A DNA stretch of 64,000 bases from a bacterium. Its GTDB lineage: Bacteria > Bacillota > Limnochordia > DTU080 > RSA5. The notes beneath the pieces were generated by a model. The model made no database searches and was not told the DNA's origin. It saw only the letters and a list, made by a program, of their open reading frames with translations. A program made the translations under genes and the position numbers. Below are positions 1-11,506 of this stretch, piece by piece. The first letter of the stretch is position 1; the number at the start of each line of letters is the position of its first letter. Where the stretch lies: contig PKEU01000123.1 in assembly GCA_002919195.1 (NCBI GenBank), positions 15,003-79,002 on the forward strand, given 5' to 3'.

Positions 1-478
1 GGCCCTGCCCGCGATCTTGCTGGCTCTGGCCGTGGTGGCCACGATCGGGCCAGGGCTCAACAACGTCATGGTCGCGGTGGGCATCGCCTATACGCCCAAC
101 TTTGCCCGGGTCACCAGGGCGGCGGTGCTTCAAGTGAGGGAGTTGGATTACGTGGCGGCCGCTCAGGCTCTGGGCGCCAGCAACCTGCGGATGATGTTTC
201 GCCACATCCTGCCCAACGCGCTCAATCCCGTGATTGTGCAGGTGACGCTGGCCACGGCGGGATCGATCCTTTCGGCGGCCGGTCTCAGCTTTTTGGGATT
301 GGGCGCACAGCCCCCGACGCCGGAGTGGGGCAGCATGCTTTCCTCAGCCCGTTCGTATATCCGGGTGGCCCATCACGCCGTAACCTTCCCGGGCCTTGCC
401 ATCATGTTGACCGTCCTCGCCCTCAACATGGTGGGCGATGGCCTGCGCGACGCCTTGGATCCCAGGATGGAACGGTAA
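1..478 (+). CDS. ABC transporter permease (OppC/DppC family), C-terminal fragment; the 5' end lies upstream of the window
   Basis: Translation ends ...GLSFLGLGAQPPTPEWGSML...MVGDGLRDALDPR, which is the conserved C-terminal permease core of peptide/nickel ABC transporters. The ORF runs off the left edge. Confidence 0.85.
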   Translation, partial: ALPAILLALAVVATIGPGLNNVMVAVGIAYTPNFARVTRAAVLQVRELDYVAAAQALGASNLRMMFRHILPNALNPVIVQVTLATAGSILSAAGLSFLGLGAQPPTPEWGSMLSSARSYIRVAHHAVTFPGLAIMLTVLALNMVGDGLRDALDPRMER

Positions 479-505
479 GACGAGAGAAATACGCAGTAGA
501 GCGCG

Positions 506-2461
<1,956 letters not shown>

Positions 2462-2534
2462 TCACGGTTAGTATCATCGGAAAATCTAGGGGTTATCGGC
2501 TCATATCGCCCCAACATCCCTATTTTACGTCTTC

Positions 2535-2804
2535 TTAGTCGGGAATGTCAAACGAACGTTCGCGAAAACCGCTTTCGATGCGCCTTCTGAGCGTCGCCGG
2601 GGAGATGGACGAGGCGTACACGTATTCGTCGGTGATGACATAAGATTTGGCGGCGCCGCCGCCGGCGTCGCGTAACCTTCCGGCCGCAGCAGCTCTTTGG
2701 AGAAAGCGGTCGCCTTCGCGCGCCTTTTGTTCGGGCGCCGCATCGAGGATAGCGATCACATCAGCCGATCGGATGATGACATCGCCACCCAGGTGCAGGT
2801 ACAC
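2535..2804 (-). CDS. DUF370 family protein (RemB/YaaB-like), sitting between recF and gyrB as in Bacillus
   Basis: 89 aa, MYLHLGGDVIIRSADVIAILD..., typical of DUF370. The position between recF and gyrB is conserved. Confidence 0.7.
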   Translation of the reverse strand: MYLHLGGDVIIRSADVIAILDAAPEQKAREGDRFLQRAAAAGRLRDAGGGAAKSYVITDEYVYASSISPATLRRRIESGFRERSFDIPD

Positions 2805-2825
2805 CCGCTGGCCCCTCCTTCTACC

Positions 2826-3965
2826 TCACGCTCCAACGGGTGTCACCGTACCCGCCCGGATCGTGTACAACGAGGCTTCTTTCAGGATCTCGTCGGGAAA
2901 GCTCCTCACGTTGGTCGTGGTGATAAAGGTGTTGATCCTTCCTGAGACCGTGCCCAAAAAGCGCTCTCGGCGCGTGTCGTCCAGCTCGGACATGACATCG
3001 TCCAAGAGCAAGATAGGATACTCGCCCGCCTCGTCCCGGATAAACTCCAGTTCGGAAAGCTTGGTCGCCAGTACCGCGGTCCGTTGTTGCCCTTGGGAAC
3101 CGAAGTAGCGCAGGTCGACCCCTGCGACGATAAAGGCAATGTCGTCTCGCTGGGGCCCCGCGAGCGTCGTCCCCCGCGCCAGCTCATCCCGGCGCAGGGC
3201 CTCGAGCTCCTTTCGAAAGCGCTCGGCAACGGCTTGGGGATCCTCCCATTCGGCTTGCGGCATCTCAGAAGGTGCGGCGAAAAAGGGCCGGTACACCAGT
3301 TCCAGCTCTTCTCTTCCTCCGCTGATGCGGGCTTGCATCTCCCGGCTCCACCGGGAAAGCCGGCGCACGGTCTCCGCCCTTTTCGCGATGATGCGGGAAC
3401 CATCGGCGATGAGCTGCTCATCCCAATCGGGGAGGGCCTCCCGCCTGGCAAACCCTTGGGAGATCGCCCGGAGCAAGTTGTTTCTCTGGCGCAACACCCT
3501 TTGGTACCGGGTGAAGTGGTGGCGGTAGGCCGGGCTCACTTGGGCGATTTCGATGTCGAGAAAGCGCCGCCTGAGGGCCGGTGAGCCTTTGACCAGCTGC
3601 AGGTCGTCGGGCGAAAACACCACCGCATTGAGATTGCCCAAAAGGTCCGAGTGGCGCCTGAGGTTTTCGCCGCCCACCTTGATTTCCTTTGGGCCCTCCC
3701 GGCGCAAGAGGACCTCGATGCGGGTGCCGCCGGCTTCTCGCTCCGTCTCGCCTCGCACCCTGGCAAAGGCCGCGTCCCAATTGATCAAGTCGCCGTCGCT
3801 TGTCGTGCGGTACGAACGCCCCAGGGCCAAGAGGTAGACGGCCTCCAACAGGTTGGTCTTGCCTTGGGCGTTTTCGCCGACAAAGATGTTGAGCATGCGC
3901 TCAAAGGCCAGCTCCAACGCCTGGTAATTGCGAAACTGGAACAGTTCGATCCGGCGGACCTGCAC
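2826..3965 (-). CDS. recF: DNA replication and repair protein RecF
   Basis: 379 aa. N-terminus MQVRRIELFQFRNYQ. Walker A GENAQGKTNLLEA. SMC-like signature near the C-terminus (LLLDDVMSELD). Confidence 0.95.
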   Translation of the reverse strand: MQVRRIELFQFRNYQALELAFERMLNIFVGENAQGKTNLLEAVYLLALGRSYRTTSDGDLINWDAAFARVRGETEREAGGTRIEVLLRREGPKEIKVGGENLRRHSDLLGNLNAVVFSPDDLQLVKGSPALRRRFLDIEIAQVSPAYRHHFTRYQRVLRQRNNLLRAISQGFARREALPDWDEQLIADGSRIIAKRAETVRRLSRWSREMQARISGGREELELVYRPFFAAPSEMPQAEWEDPQAVAERFRKELEALRRDELARGTTLAGPQRDDIAFIVAGVDLRYFGSQGQQRTAVLATKLSELEFIRDEAGEYPILLLDDVMSELDDTRRERFLGTVSGRINTFITTTNVRSFPDEILKEASLYTIRAGTVTPVGA

Positions 3966-3967
3966 CC

Positions 3968-4222
3968 TTAATGAGACTCCTGATCGGCGCCTTTGACGCG
4001 GTAGATGCCCCTGCCCGCGAGCCGCACCACATCGCCCGAGCGAAGCTTTCGGCTCCGGCGAGTCTCCACCTCGCCGTTGACCCTCACCGCTCCCTGTTGG
4101 ATCAAGGCTTTCCCTTCGCCGCCGCTGCTGACGGCGCGAGAGAGTTTGAGGAACTGGTTGAGTTCGATCTCAGTCCCCTCGATCACGATCTCCTGCGGCG
4201 GTTCATAGGTTACGGAGCTCAC
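3968..4222 (-). CDS. yaaA: S4-domain RNA-binding protein YaaA
   Basis: 84 aa with an S4-like fold (IELNQFLKLSRAVSSGGEGKALIQQGAVRVNGEVETRRSRKLRSGDVV). Conserved slot between dnaN and recF. Confidence 0.8.
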   Translation of the reverse strand: MSSVTYEPPQEIVIEGTEIELNQFLKLSRAVSSGGEGKALIQQGAVRVNGEVETRRSRKLRSGDVVRLAGRGIYRVKGADQESH

Positions 4223-4228
4223 AGCCTG

Positions 4229-5344
4229 CTACCCCACCCTCACTGGCATCACGATGTAGACGTAATTTTCGTCACCTACGGGAGTGATGCTCCCTTGCCT
4301 GAGCCCATCGCCCAAGCCCACTTCGACCTGGTCGGAGTCCATCGCCCTCAACACCTCGGTAAGGAAACGGGCCTGATACGCCGTCTCCAGATCCTCGCCT
4401 TCCTTGACGACGGTCAGCTCCTCATAGGCTTGGCCGACTTCGGCCTCTCTTGAGCTCAGCGATAAGGTCTCCCCTTTCACCGCCAAGCGGACGACCGGGG
4501 TGCTCCTGCGGGCGATGAGCGCGACGCGTTCGACGGCCGCGAGCAACTGGATGCGATCGAGGCGAAACCGCGTCGGTTGATCGGTCGCCAGCACCCGGCG
4601 GTAGTCGGGAAACTGCCCCTCGATCACCCGGGAGATCATCTGCACGCCCGCCGCGCGAAAGACCGCCTGGCTCTCCGTGATCTCAAACTCGACGACCGCG
4701 TCGTCATCATCGTCTAAGATGCGCATCAACTCCGAAAGGGCCCGCACCGGTACGATACCCGACCTGGGCCGGTCTGTCTCCTCGAGGAGTTTGCCCCGGC
4801 GGAAAGCCAAGCGGCTGGAGTCGGTCGCGACCAGGCGGATTTCGTCTTGTTCCACTTCGACAAAGACGCCGGTGAGGAAAGGGCGCGAGTCGTCGGTCGC
4901 CGCGGCAAAGGCCGTATGGCGGATCAAGCGGCGTAGCTCCCCTTGGCTGATGCGCCAAAGCCCTGTGCTTTCCACCTCGGGTAGCGCGGGAAACTCGTCC
5001 GCCACCATGGTGTGGACCGTGAAATGGGACGGACCCGACTCGATCTGGGCCACCCCCGATTCGCTCGTCCGGTAGACTAGCTGATCGCCGACGAGCTTTC
5101 TCACGATGGGAGAGAGCACCTTGCTGCCCAGCACGGCTTCTCCCTGCTGCACCACCGTGGCCGGGACGTCGCACTCGATGCTCAGTTCGAGATCGGTGGC
5201 CGCAAGGTGCAGGTGGTCGCCTTCGGCTCGGATGTAGATTCCCTCGAGGATCTGCATGCTCTCTTTGCTTGTCGCAGCCCGCTCGACGATGCTGATGCCG
5301 CGCAAGAGCTCTTCCCGTTGGCAGACAAACTCCAAAGGGCACAT
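4229..5344 (-). CDS. dnaN: DNA polymerase III beta sliding clamp
   Basis: 371 aa with three-domain beta-clamp organisation, immediately downstream of dnaA. Confidence 0.95.
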   Translation of the reverse strand: MCPLEFVCQREELLRGISIVERAATSKESMQILEGIYIRAEGDHLHLAATDLELSIECDVPATVVQQGEAVLGSKVLSPIVRKLVGDQLVYRTSESGVAQIESGPSHFTVHTMVADEFPALPEVESTGLWRISQGELRRLIRHTAFAAATDDSRPFLTGVFVEVEQDEIRLVATDSSRLAFRRGKLLEETDRPRSGIVPVRALSELMRILDDDDDAVVEFEITESQAVFRAAGVQMISRVIEGQFPDYRRVLATDQPTRFRLDRIQLLAAVERVALIARRSTPVVRLAVKGETLSLSSREAEVGQAYEELTVVKEGEDLETAYQARFLTEVLRAMDSDQVEVGLGDGLRQGSITPVGDENYVYIVMPVRVG

Positions 5345-5615
5345 CCTCTCTCGTCAGTGTGAGGTGGGTGTCGATTTCCTTCGACTACGATTCCATCTCT
5401 CTAAAAGAGAGTGATGTCGCAGTCGTCGTAGTAAGCGGTGTTCAAACTGTGGAAAGGCGCGCCAAAGCCTCAGTCCCTCTGGGTTTTGCTGTGTGCGTCT
5501 GTTGTTGAGGAAGGCGCGCGCCTTCCCACAGTTTTCCCATCGCTGGCGCGCCAGCGCGCCTTTGGCCCATTTTCCCCAAAGCTCGTCCACACCTTTTCCG
5601 GGAGCTCTCCACACG
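5345..5615. promoter_or_regulatory. dnaA–dnaN intergenic spacer (oriC downstream half) with degenerate DnaA boxes and three GGCGCGCC-core palindromes
   Basis: DnaA-box-like 9-mers: TTTCCACAG (rc, 5447-5455), CTTCCCACA (5522-5530), TCGTCCACA, CTCTCCACA. Perfect palindromes GGAAGGCGCGCGCCTTCC (5509-5526) and CTGGCGCGCCAG (5543-5554), plus a GGCGCGCC core at 5456-5463. Confidence 0.6.
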
Positions 5616-6998
5616 TTATCCGTTTTGAATCTTTTGTGTGAGCTCCCGCAAGGTTTGTGAGAGCGCGGGATCCGATTGGGCCTCGGCTTTTACCTTTTCG
5701 TAGGCATGGATCACCGTGGAGTGATCGCGCCCGCCAAACTCCTCGCCAATTTGGGGCAGCGACGCATCGGTCAGCTCCCGCGCCAGATACATCGCCACCT
5801 GCCGGGGAAACACCAAAGAGCGCGTCCTTTTTTTTCCTTTCATATCAATGACGCTGACGCCGAAGTGAGCCGCCACCACGGATTGGATCAGCTCGATGGT
5901 GATCACCCGGTTTTGGGTGGCAGAGACGAGGTCGCGCAGCGCCTCTTCCGCCACTTCGGGCGTGAGCGGCAGGTTTTGGAGTGAGGCGTACGCGATGACG
6001 CGGATGAGAGCCCCTTCGAGTTCTCGGATGTTGGACTGCACCAGATTGGCGATGTAAAGATAGGTGTCGTTGGGTAGAGAAATCCCTTCCTCGGCCGCTT
6101 TCTTGCGCAAAATGGCCACCCGCGTCTCTAAGTCAGGCGGTTGAATGTCGGTGGTGAGCCCCCATTCAAAGCGGGAGCGGAGGCGCTCCTCCAGGGTGGG
6201 GATCTCTTTCGGCGGCCGGTCGCTGGAGATCACAATCTGTTTTTCGGCCTCGTACAGCGCGTTAAACGTATGGAAAAACTCTTCCTGCGTCTGCTCTTTC
6301 CCTGCGACAAACTGGATGTCGTCGATCAAGAGAAGGTCGACGTTGCGGTACTTTTGGCGGAATTCCGCCATGGAACGCCTGCCCAGTGCGTTGATGAGGT
6401 CGTTGGTAAAGGTTTCGGACGAGACGTACACGACGTAGAGCTTCGGGTGATGCTCACGCACGTAGTGGGCGATGGCTTGCATCAAGTGCGTCTTGCCTAA
6501 GCCCACGCCCCCGTACAAAAAAAGAGGGTTATACGCGCCCGCAGGATCCTCTGCCACCGCCAGGGCGGCTGCCTGGGCAAATCGGTTGCTGGGACCGACG
6601 ACAAAGGAATCAAAGGTGTACCGCGGATTAAGGGTCCCCCCCGTCACCCTCGGGCCCCGCGGACGATGAGTGGAAGAGGGACCAGAAGAGCTCTGTGCGC
6701 CGTTGGCGTAGTCGAAACCGCCATGGCCGGCATCGGGCTGGCCGTTGTCGGCAGCCGTGATCATCTCGATGGTGGTGATGCCGGGTGCGATCTCCTGGCA
6801 CATGCTCTTGAGATCGGCGAGATGTCGGGCCTCGACCCAATCCCTCTCCCACCGGCTGAGAAAGTAAATCGTGAGCTTGCCAGACTCGAGACGCACGGGG
6901 CGGGCGTTCTCGAGCAGCATGTTTAAGGTCGCGCTGCCCAGCTCATGCTTGGCCCGTTGGACGACGTGGTTCCAAAGCTCATTGAGATCTAACCGCAT
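5616..6998 (-). CDS. dnaA: Chromosomal replication initiator DnaA. The ORF extends to 7196, but the likely start is the ATG at 6998 ([10 protein letters not shown]...).
   Basis: AAA+ Walker [11 protein letters not shown], sensor motifs, and a C-terminal DnaA-box-binding HTH (...[19 protein letters not shown]...). A GGGAGG sequence lies upstream of 6998. The longer ORF would run into the DnaA-box cluster. Confidence 0.95.
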   Translation of the reverse strand: MRLDLNELWNHVVQRAKHELGSATLNMLLENARPVRLESGKLTIYFLSRWERDWVEARHLADLKSMCQEIAPGITTIEMITAADNGQPDAGHGGFDYANGAQSSSGPSSTHRPRGPRVTGGTLNPRYTFDSFVVGPSNRFAQAAALAVAEDPAGAYNPLFLYGGVGLGKTHLMQAIAHYVREHHPKLYVVYVSSETFTNDLINALGRRSMAEFRQKYRNVDLLLIDDIQFVAGKEQTQEEFFHTFNALYEAEKQIVISSDRPPKEIPTLEERLRSRFEWGLTTDIQPPDLETRVAILRKKAAEEGISLPNDTYLYIANLVQSNIRELEGALIRVIAYASLQNLPLTPEVAEEALRDLVSATQNRVITIELIQSVVAAHFGVSVIDMKGKKRTRSLVFPRQVAMYLARELTDASLPQIGEEFGGRDHSTVIHAYEKVKAEAQSDPALSQTLRELTQKIQNG

Positions 6999-7179
6999 GA
7001 TGACGATTGCCTCCCTGCCGCCCCTGCAGGGAAGCGCCTCCTCTTCGCCGGACTTGTCGCGGGCGAGGAACTTGATTCCACGGTCTGAAAAGCAACTCCT
7101 CCCGCGCCTTGATCCGCGCTGTCGACCGTGGGCGCGGAACGCCATCGTTCCGCCGTGGAGCTCCTCACCCTGTTGTGGG

Positions 7180-7475
7180 GTATTCACATAATCCACACGT
7201 TTTCCACAAGCTCTGACCTGGGCGAGGTGGGTCAGATCGCCCCGACATGGGCGTTTTGACCGATGGGCTTTTCCACAGCGCTATCCACACACAAAGGCCC
7301 AGCTCAACGGGGTGTTCCTTTCATTAGCTCACCCCGTCGGATCCACGCTTTGAATGCGGCGAGCGCCGCTTTCACCCTCGTGCCGGCCGCGTCACCCCCT
7401 TAGGTGACTGTGGAAATCTCCTCGGGTGTCATCCCCGGTTCATCCACAGATTTTCCACGGACCTGTCCACAATTC
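7180..7475. promoter_or_regulatory. oriC upstream DnaA-box cluster between dnaA and rpmH
   Basis: At least 8 close matches to TTATCCACA: TAATCCACA 7189-7197, TTTTCCACA 7200-7208, TTTTCCACA 7269-7277, CTATCCACA 7281-7289, ATTTCCACA (rc) 7409-7417, TCATCCACA 7440-7448, TTTTCCACG 7451-7459, CTGTCCACA 7463-7471. Confidence 0.8.
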
Positions 7476-7630
7476 TCCTGAGAACAAAATTGCCGAAACG
7501 TCGATCACAAGGACGTTTTCGGCGTGTTCATTCTACCAAATCCGCCCGTTGGTCGCAAGGAACGAACGGGCGTTTCCCATCACGCGGCTGCCGCTACGGG
7601 ATCTTGGTCATAGGCGTGAAGGGAATTTAC

Positions 7631-7660
7631 TTGACTGCCACAGAAACGCTAAGCTATAAT
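7631..7660 (+). promoter_or_regulatory. Consensus sigma-A promoter for rpmH (TTGACT, 18 nt spacer, TATAAT)
   Basis: TTGACT at 7631-7636, TATAAT at 7655-7660. GGAGG lies 11 nt upstream of the rpmH ATG. Confidence 0.6.
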
Positions 7661-7693
7661 GAAAACAGTGTCCTTGCGGAGGTGTCCTGGTTT

Positions 7694-7828
7694 ATGAAGC
7701 GCACGTTCCAGCCCAAAAGGCTGCGGAGAAAGCGGACCCATGGCTTCTTGGCGCGCATGAGCACGCCTGGGGGAAGGCGGGTCCTCAAGCGGCGGCGGGC
7801 TAAAGGGCGAAAGCGCCTTTCTGCCTAA
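7694..7828 (+). CDS. rpmH: 50S ribosomal protein L34
   Basis: [44 protein letters not shown] is near-identical to the L34 consensus. Confidence 0.95.
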   Translation: MKRTFQPKRLRRKRTHGFLARMSTPGGRRVLKRRRAKGRKRLSA

Positions 7829-7910
7829 ACTTTAGGGCCTCGGAGTGTCTGCCGGGCCCTGCTGTTTTTTGTGTCGCGGCAAGCGCCGTCCCTGACCCAC
7901 CATCGTTGGA

Positions 7911-8282
7911 GTGCGGGTAATGTCACCGGCACGCAAGGCAATCCTCAAACGGCCCGACGAGTTCCGGCGCTGCTACCAGGAAGGAAAGGTCTATAAAAAT
8001 CGAGTGGCTGTTCTCCACGTCTACGACCGCGGCGACGCCGAGCCGGCGAGGGTGGGATTTTCCGTCAGCAGAAAGCTTGGCAAAGCGGTTGTACGCAACC
8101 GCGTCAAACGGTGGTTACGGGCCATCGTCTTTCCCCTGTTGCCGGAGTTGCCTCATGGATACGACTTGGTCTTTGCCGCGCGCACGCGGGCCAAGGTCGA
8201 AGGGTACTGGCCGCTTGATCGAGGGATCCGGGAGCTCCTCGAAAAGGCTGGCTTGTTGACGAAGGAAGCGGAGTCCAATTGA
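7911..8282 (+). CDS. rnpA: Ribonuclease P protein component
   Basis: 123 aa with the RnpA signature ...[21 protein letters not shown]..., directly after rpmH. Confidence 0.9.
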   Translation: MRVMSPARKAILKRPDEFRRCYQEGKVYKNRVAVLHVYDRGDAEPARVGFSVSRKLGKAVVRNRVKRWLRAIVFPLLPELPHGYDLVFAARTRAKVEGYWPLDRGIRELLEKAGLLTKEAESN

Positions 8283-8545
8283 GCGAAAAAGAGGCTGGCC
8301 GTATCTCCAAACATCGGATCTCTCCCCTTTCGTGGCCGCGACATCTGCTCGCCGGTGTAATCTGGCTTTATCAAAAGGTGATTTCACCCTTGTTTCCGGG
8401 GCAATGCCGTTTTACCCCCACGTGTTCGGAGTACACGCGGCAGGCGCTCCTCCGTTACGGGGTGCTCAAAGGGGGATATCTGGGTGTGCGCCGTTTGCTC
8501 AAGTGTCACCCGTGGCACCCCGGAGGCTATGACCCGGTCCGATAG
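8279..8545 (+). CDS. yidD: Membrane protein insertion efficiency factor YidD
   Basis: [51 protein letters not shown] is the YidD (DUF37) signature. Confidence 0.85.
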   Translation: MSEKEAGRISKHRISPLSWPRHLLAGVIWLYQKVISPLFPGQCRFTPTCSEYTRQALLRYGVLKGGYLGVRRLLKCHPWHPGGYDPVR

Positions 8546-8563
8546 GAAATGGAGGCGGGCTGA

Positions 8564-9217
8564 TTGGACGTTTTTGGATCGTTTTTTGGATGGTTGCCGG
8601 CGGGAATTCAGGCGATTTTGGTGTGGTTGACCCAGATCACGGGCAGCGCCGGCATCGCCATCATCCTTCTTACCATCTTGATCCGACTGGCCCTTTACCC
8701 GCTGACGAAAAAGCAGACCGAGTCCATGATCGCACTGCGGGAGATCCAACCCAAGCTTCAGGAGATCCAAAACAAGTACAAGGACAATCCACAGGAATAC
8801 CAACGGCGAGTGCTCGAACTCTACCGGGAAAAGGGCGTCAATCCTTTCGGCGGTTGCCTCCCTCTCTTGATCCAGTTCCCCTTTCTGATTGCCCTCTTTC
8901 AAGTGCTCAGGACGTACACCTTTGAAGGGGTCGATCCGCGCTTTCTCATCTGGACGTTGACGGAGCCCGATCGGTTTTATGTGCTGCCCATCTTGTCGGG
9001 CCTGACCACCTACTTCATGTCGGCCATGACGTCCGGCGGCGATCCGTCGCAAAGGGCGATGCAACTGATCATGCCGATCTTTATCGCCTGGATCTCCATC
9101 AGCTTCCCGGCAGGCTTGGTCTTGTACTGGGTGGTCAGCAACATCTTTTCCATTGTGCAGCAGTACATGTTGACGAAGAGCATGCCCATGGTTGAAGGGG
9201 GGGCCAAGGCAAAGTGA
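8564..9217 (+). CDS. yidC: Membrane protein insertase YidC/SpoIIIJ (short Gram-positive type)
   Basis: 217 aa multi-TM protein. Conserved YidC core (LLTILIRLALYPLTKKQ...MQLIMPIF...). Follows rnpA and yidD as expected. Confidence 0.85.
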   Translation: MDVFGSFFGWLPAGIQAILVWLTQITGSAGIAIILLTILIRLALYPLTKKQTESMIALREIQPKLQEIQNKYKDNPQEYQRRVLELYREKGVNPFGGCLPLLIQFPFLIALFQVLRTYTFEGVDPRFLIWTLTEPDRFYVLPILSGLTTYFMSAMTSGGDPSQRAMQLIMPIFIAWISISFPAGLVLYWVVSNIFSIVQQYMLTKSMPMVEGGAKAK

Positions 9218-9849
9218 AATCGGTGGAAAAGACGGGTAAGACGGTCGACGAAGCCATCCAAGCGGCGCTGGAGGAGCTTGGCGTCAAACGGGAAGAGGCT
9301 AAGATCGAGGTTTTAGACGAGGGTGCGAAAGGTTTCTTGGGGATCCTCGGCGCAAGGCCCGCACGCGTGCGAGTGACCGTCGACAATTCTCTGGATGCCA
9401 AGGTCAATGCAGCGCGCGAATTTCTCGCAGGCCTTTTGGAGCGGATGAACGTCAGTGCCGAAATTGAGACCGAGATCGGTGAGGACCAGCTGGTCTATAT
9501 GCGTATGAGCGGCCGCCGCATGGGAGTCGTCATCGGACGGAGGGGCCAGACCCTCGACGCGATTCAGTATCTTGTCAACTTGGTGGCCAATAAACTCCCC
9601 GGTCCCCGGGCTCGCATCGTCCTCGACGCCGAAGGATACCGGGATAAACGGGCGGAGACGTTGCGAAACCTCGCCACAAGGCTCGCGGCCAAGGCAAAGA
9701 GCGAGCGGCGGAAGACGGTCTTGGAGCCGATGAACGCACTGGAACGGCGCATCGTTCACTTAGCTTTGGCGGACGATACTGAGGTTGAAACCCGCAGCGA
9801 AGGGGAGGAGCCCTACCGCCGGGTAGTCATCCTGCCCAAGCGGACCTAA
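9214..9849 (+). CDS. jag: RNA-binding protein Jag/KhpB (KH plus R3H domains)
   Basis: 211 aa with a C-terminal R3H motif (LEPMNALERRIVHLALADDTEVETRSEGEEPYRRVVI). Conserved position after yidC. Confidence 0.85.
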   Translation: MKSVEKTGKTVDEAIQAALEELGVKREEAKIEVLDEGAKGFLGILGARPARVRVTVDNSLDAKVNAAREFLAGLLERMNVSAEIETEIGEDQLVYMRMSGRRMGVVIGRRGQTLDAIQYLVNLVANKLPGPRARIVLDAEGYRDKRAETLRNLATRLAAKAKSERRKTVLEPMNALERRIVHLALADDTEVETRSEGEEPYRRVVILPKRT

Positions 9850-10010
9850 AGCAAGATCAACGCTGTTATGTGAAGGGCGACGGAAAAGGCCTCCTTCCCG
9901 TTTCAGGGAGGGAGGCTTCTTTCATCATGATCGGCGGTCGCGGCATGTGCCATCGACGGAGCGCCCCGATGCGCTCTCGCCGGCAAGAGGTGACGCTCGT
10001 GGTGCAAGAG

Positions 10011-11393
10011 ATGCATTTTGAGACGATTGCGGCCATCGCCACGCCTCCCGGAGAGGGGGCCATCGGCATCGTGCGCATCAGCGGTCCTGAGGCGCTCTCC
10101 GTGGCAGAGCGCGTGGTGCGATCCAAGAGGCGGCTTTCCGATGTGCCCAGCCACACGTTGGTCTACGGCAAAGTGGTGGACGAGCACGAGCGAATCCTCG
10201 ACGATGTTTTAGTGGGTGTGATGCGTGCGCCCCGCACCTACACCGGTGAAGATCTCATCGAGATCAACTGCCACGGAGGCCCGGTGATCCTCCAGCGCGT
10301 GTTGGAAAGGGTCCTGCAGGCGGGCGCGCGGCTTGCCCAACCCGGTGAATTCACCAAGCGGGCCTTTCTCAACGGAAAGATGGACCTTGCGCAGGCAGAA
10401 GCCGTGATCGACATGGTCCGGGCCAAGAGCCCCAAGGGGCTTGAGATCGCGGCCCTGCAGCTCGAAGGGAAGCTCTCGGAAGTCGTGCGAACCCAGCGGG
10501 AGGCGATCCTCGACCTCCTCACCCACATCCAGGCGGTCATTGATTACCCGGAAGAGGGTTTAGTCGACATCGCGCCCGAGGAGGTCGGGGCGCGGCTCGC
10601 TGAGATCAGCAAGGAACTCCAGCGCCTGCTGGCCGGGGCCGACGCGGGGCGCATCTACCGAGAAGGCATCCGCGTCGCGATCGTGGGAAAGCCCAACGTG
10701 GGCAAGTCGAGCTTGCTCAACGCGATCCTTCAAGAGGACCGGGCGATTGTCACCCCCATCGCGGGCACAACGCGCGATCTCATCGAAGAGCGGGCTTTGC
10801 TCGGCGGCATTCCCTTTACCCTGACGGATACCGCCGGGATCCGGGTGACAGACGATCCCGTCGAAATGATCGGTGTGGAAAGGACCCGCAAGGCCATCGA
10901 AGGGGCCGACCTGATCTTTTTGGTCGTCAGCGGCGCCGAGCCCTTGGACAGCGACGACGAAGCGGTCATCCAGCAAGTGCGAGAAGCGGGAGCGGCTGCC
11001 CGGGTCCTTGTCGTCGTCAACAAGGCGGATCTCCCGCCGGCCCTCGACCGGGAAGGGCTTGCCAAAGCCGCGGGCGAATGGCCCTGCGTTTGGGTGAGCG
11101 CGGTCACCGGAATGGGGCTGGACCACCTTGAGGAGTTGGCTTCCAAGGAGGTCCTGGGCGAGGCGGGCGCGCAGGACGCGATCTTGCTGACCCGGGCACG
11201 GCACAAGGCGGCGCTGGAAGAGGCGTTGGCTGCGCTCAAGGAAGCGCAGGCAACGATCACAGAGGGGCTTCCCTTGGATTTGGTGAGCGTCGACTTGCAG
11301 GCGGCGCTGGAGGCTTTGGGCCAGGTGACGGGCGAAAGCGTCTCCGAAGAAGTGGTCGCTCGCATCTTTGCCCAGTTTTGTGTGGGAAAATGA
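10011..11393 (+). CDS. mnmE: tRNA modification GTPase MnmE (TrmE). The ORF begins at 9870; the likely start is the ATG at 10011.
   Basis: MHFETIAAIATPPGEGAIGIVRISG N-terminus, G-domain GKPNVGKSSLLN...DTAG, and the C-terminal ...FCVGK motif. Confidence 0.93.
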   Translation: MHFETIAAIATPPGEGAIGIVRISGPEALSVAERVVRSKRRLSDVPSHTLVYGKVVDEHERILDDVLVGVMRAPRTYTGEDLIEINCHGGPVILQRVLERVLQAGARLAQPGEFTKRAFLNGKMDLAQAEAVIDMVRAKSPKGLEIAALQLEGKLSEVVRTQREAILDLLTHIQAVIDYPEEGLVDIAPEEVGARLAEISKELQRLLAGADAGRIYREGIRVAIVGKPNVGKSSLLNAILQEDRAIVTPIAGTTRDLIEERALLGGIPFTLTDTAGIRVTDDPVEMIGVERTRKAIEGADLIFLVVSGAEPLDSDDEAVIQQVREAGAAARVLVVVNKADLPPALDREGLAKAAGEWPCVWVSAVTGMGLDHLEELASKEVLGEAGAQDAILLTRARHKAALEEALAALKEAQATITEGLPLDLVSVDLQAALEALGQVTGESVSEEVVARIFAQFCVGK

Positions 11394-11506
11394 GATTGTC
11401 AACGGCACGGGCGTTGTTGTACATTATCGAAGTAAAGTTGCAACCCGTGAAAACCGGGTAGAAGAAGCGGTTTTCCAGGAAGCATGGTTTCTAGGAGGTG
11501 ACGAGG

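Noticed and set aside
5616-7196. The dnaA ORF as drawn is 526 aa and extends to 7196
   Set aside because: The first 66 residues have no DnaA similarity, and the extension would overlap the first DnaA boxes at 7189-7208. The internal ATG at 6998 (MRLDLNELW...) with an upstream GGGAGG is the likely start.
7829-7910. Possible terminator between rpmH and rnpA (AGGGCC...GGCCCT followed by gctgTTTTTT)
   Set aside because: Only a 6-bp stem with a 15-nt loop, and the U-run is separated from the stem. It is too weak to call, although an attenuator between rpmH and rnpA would be plausible.
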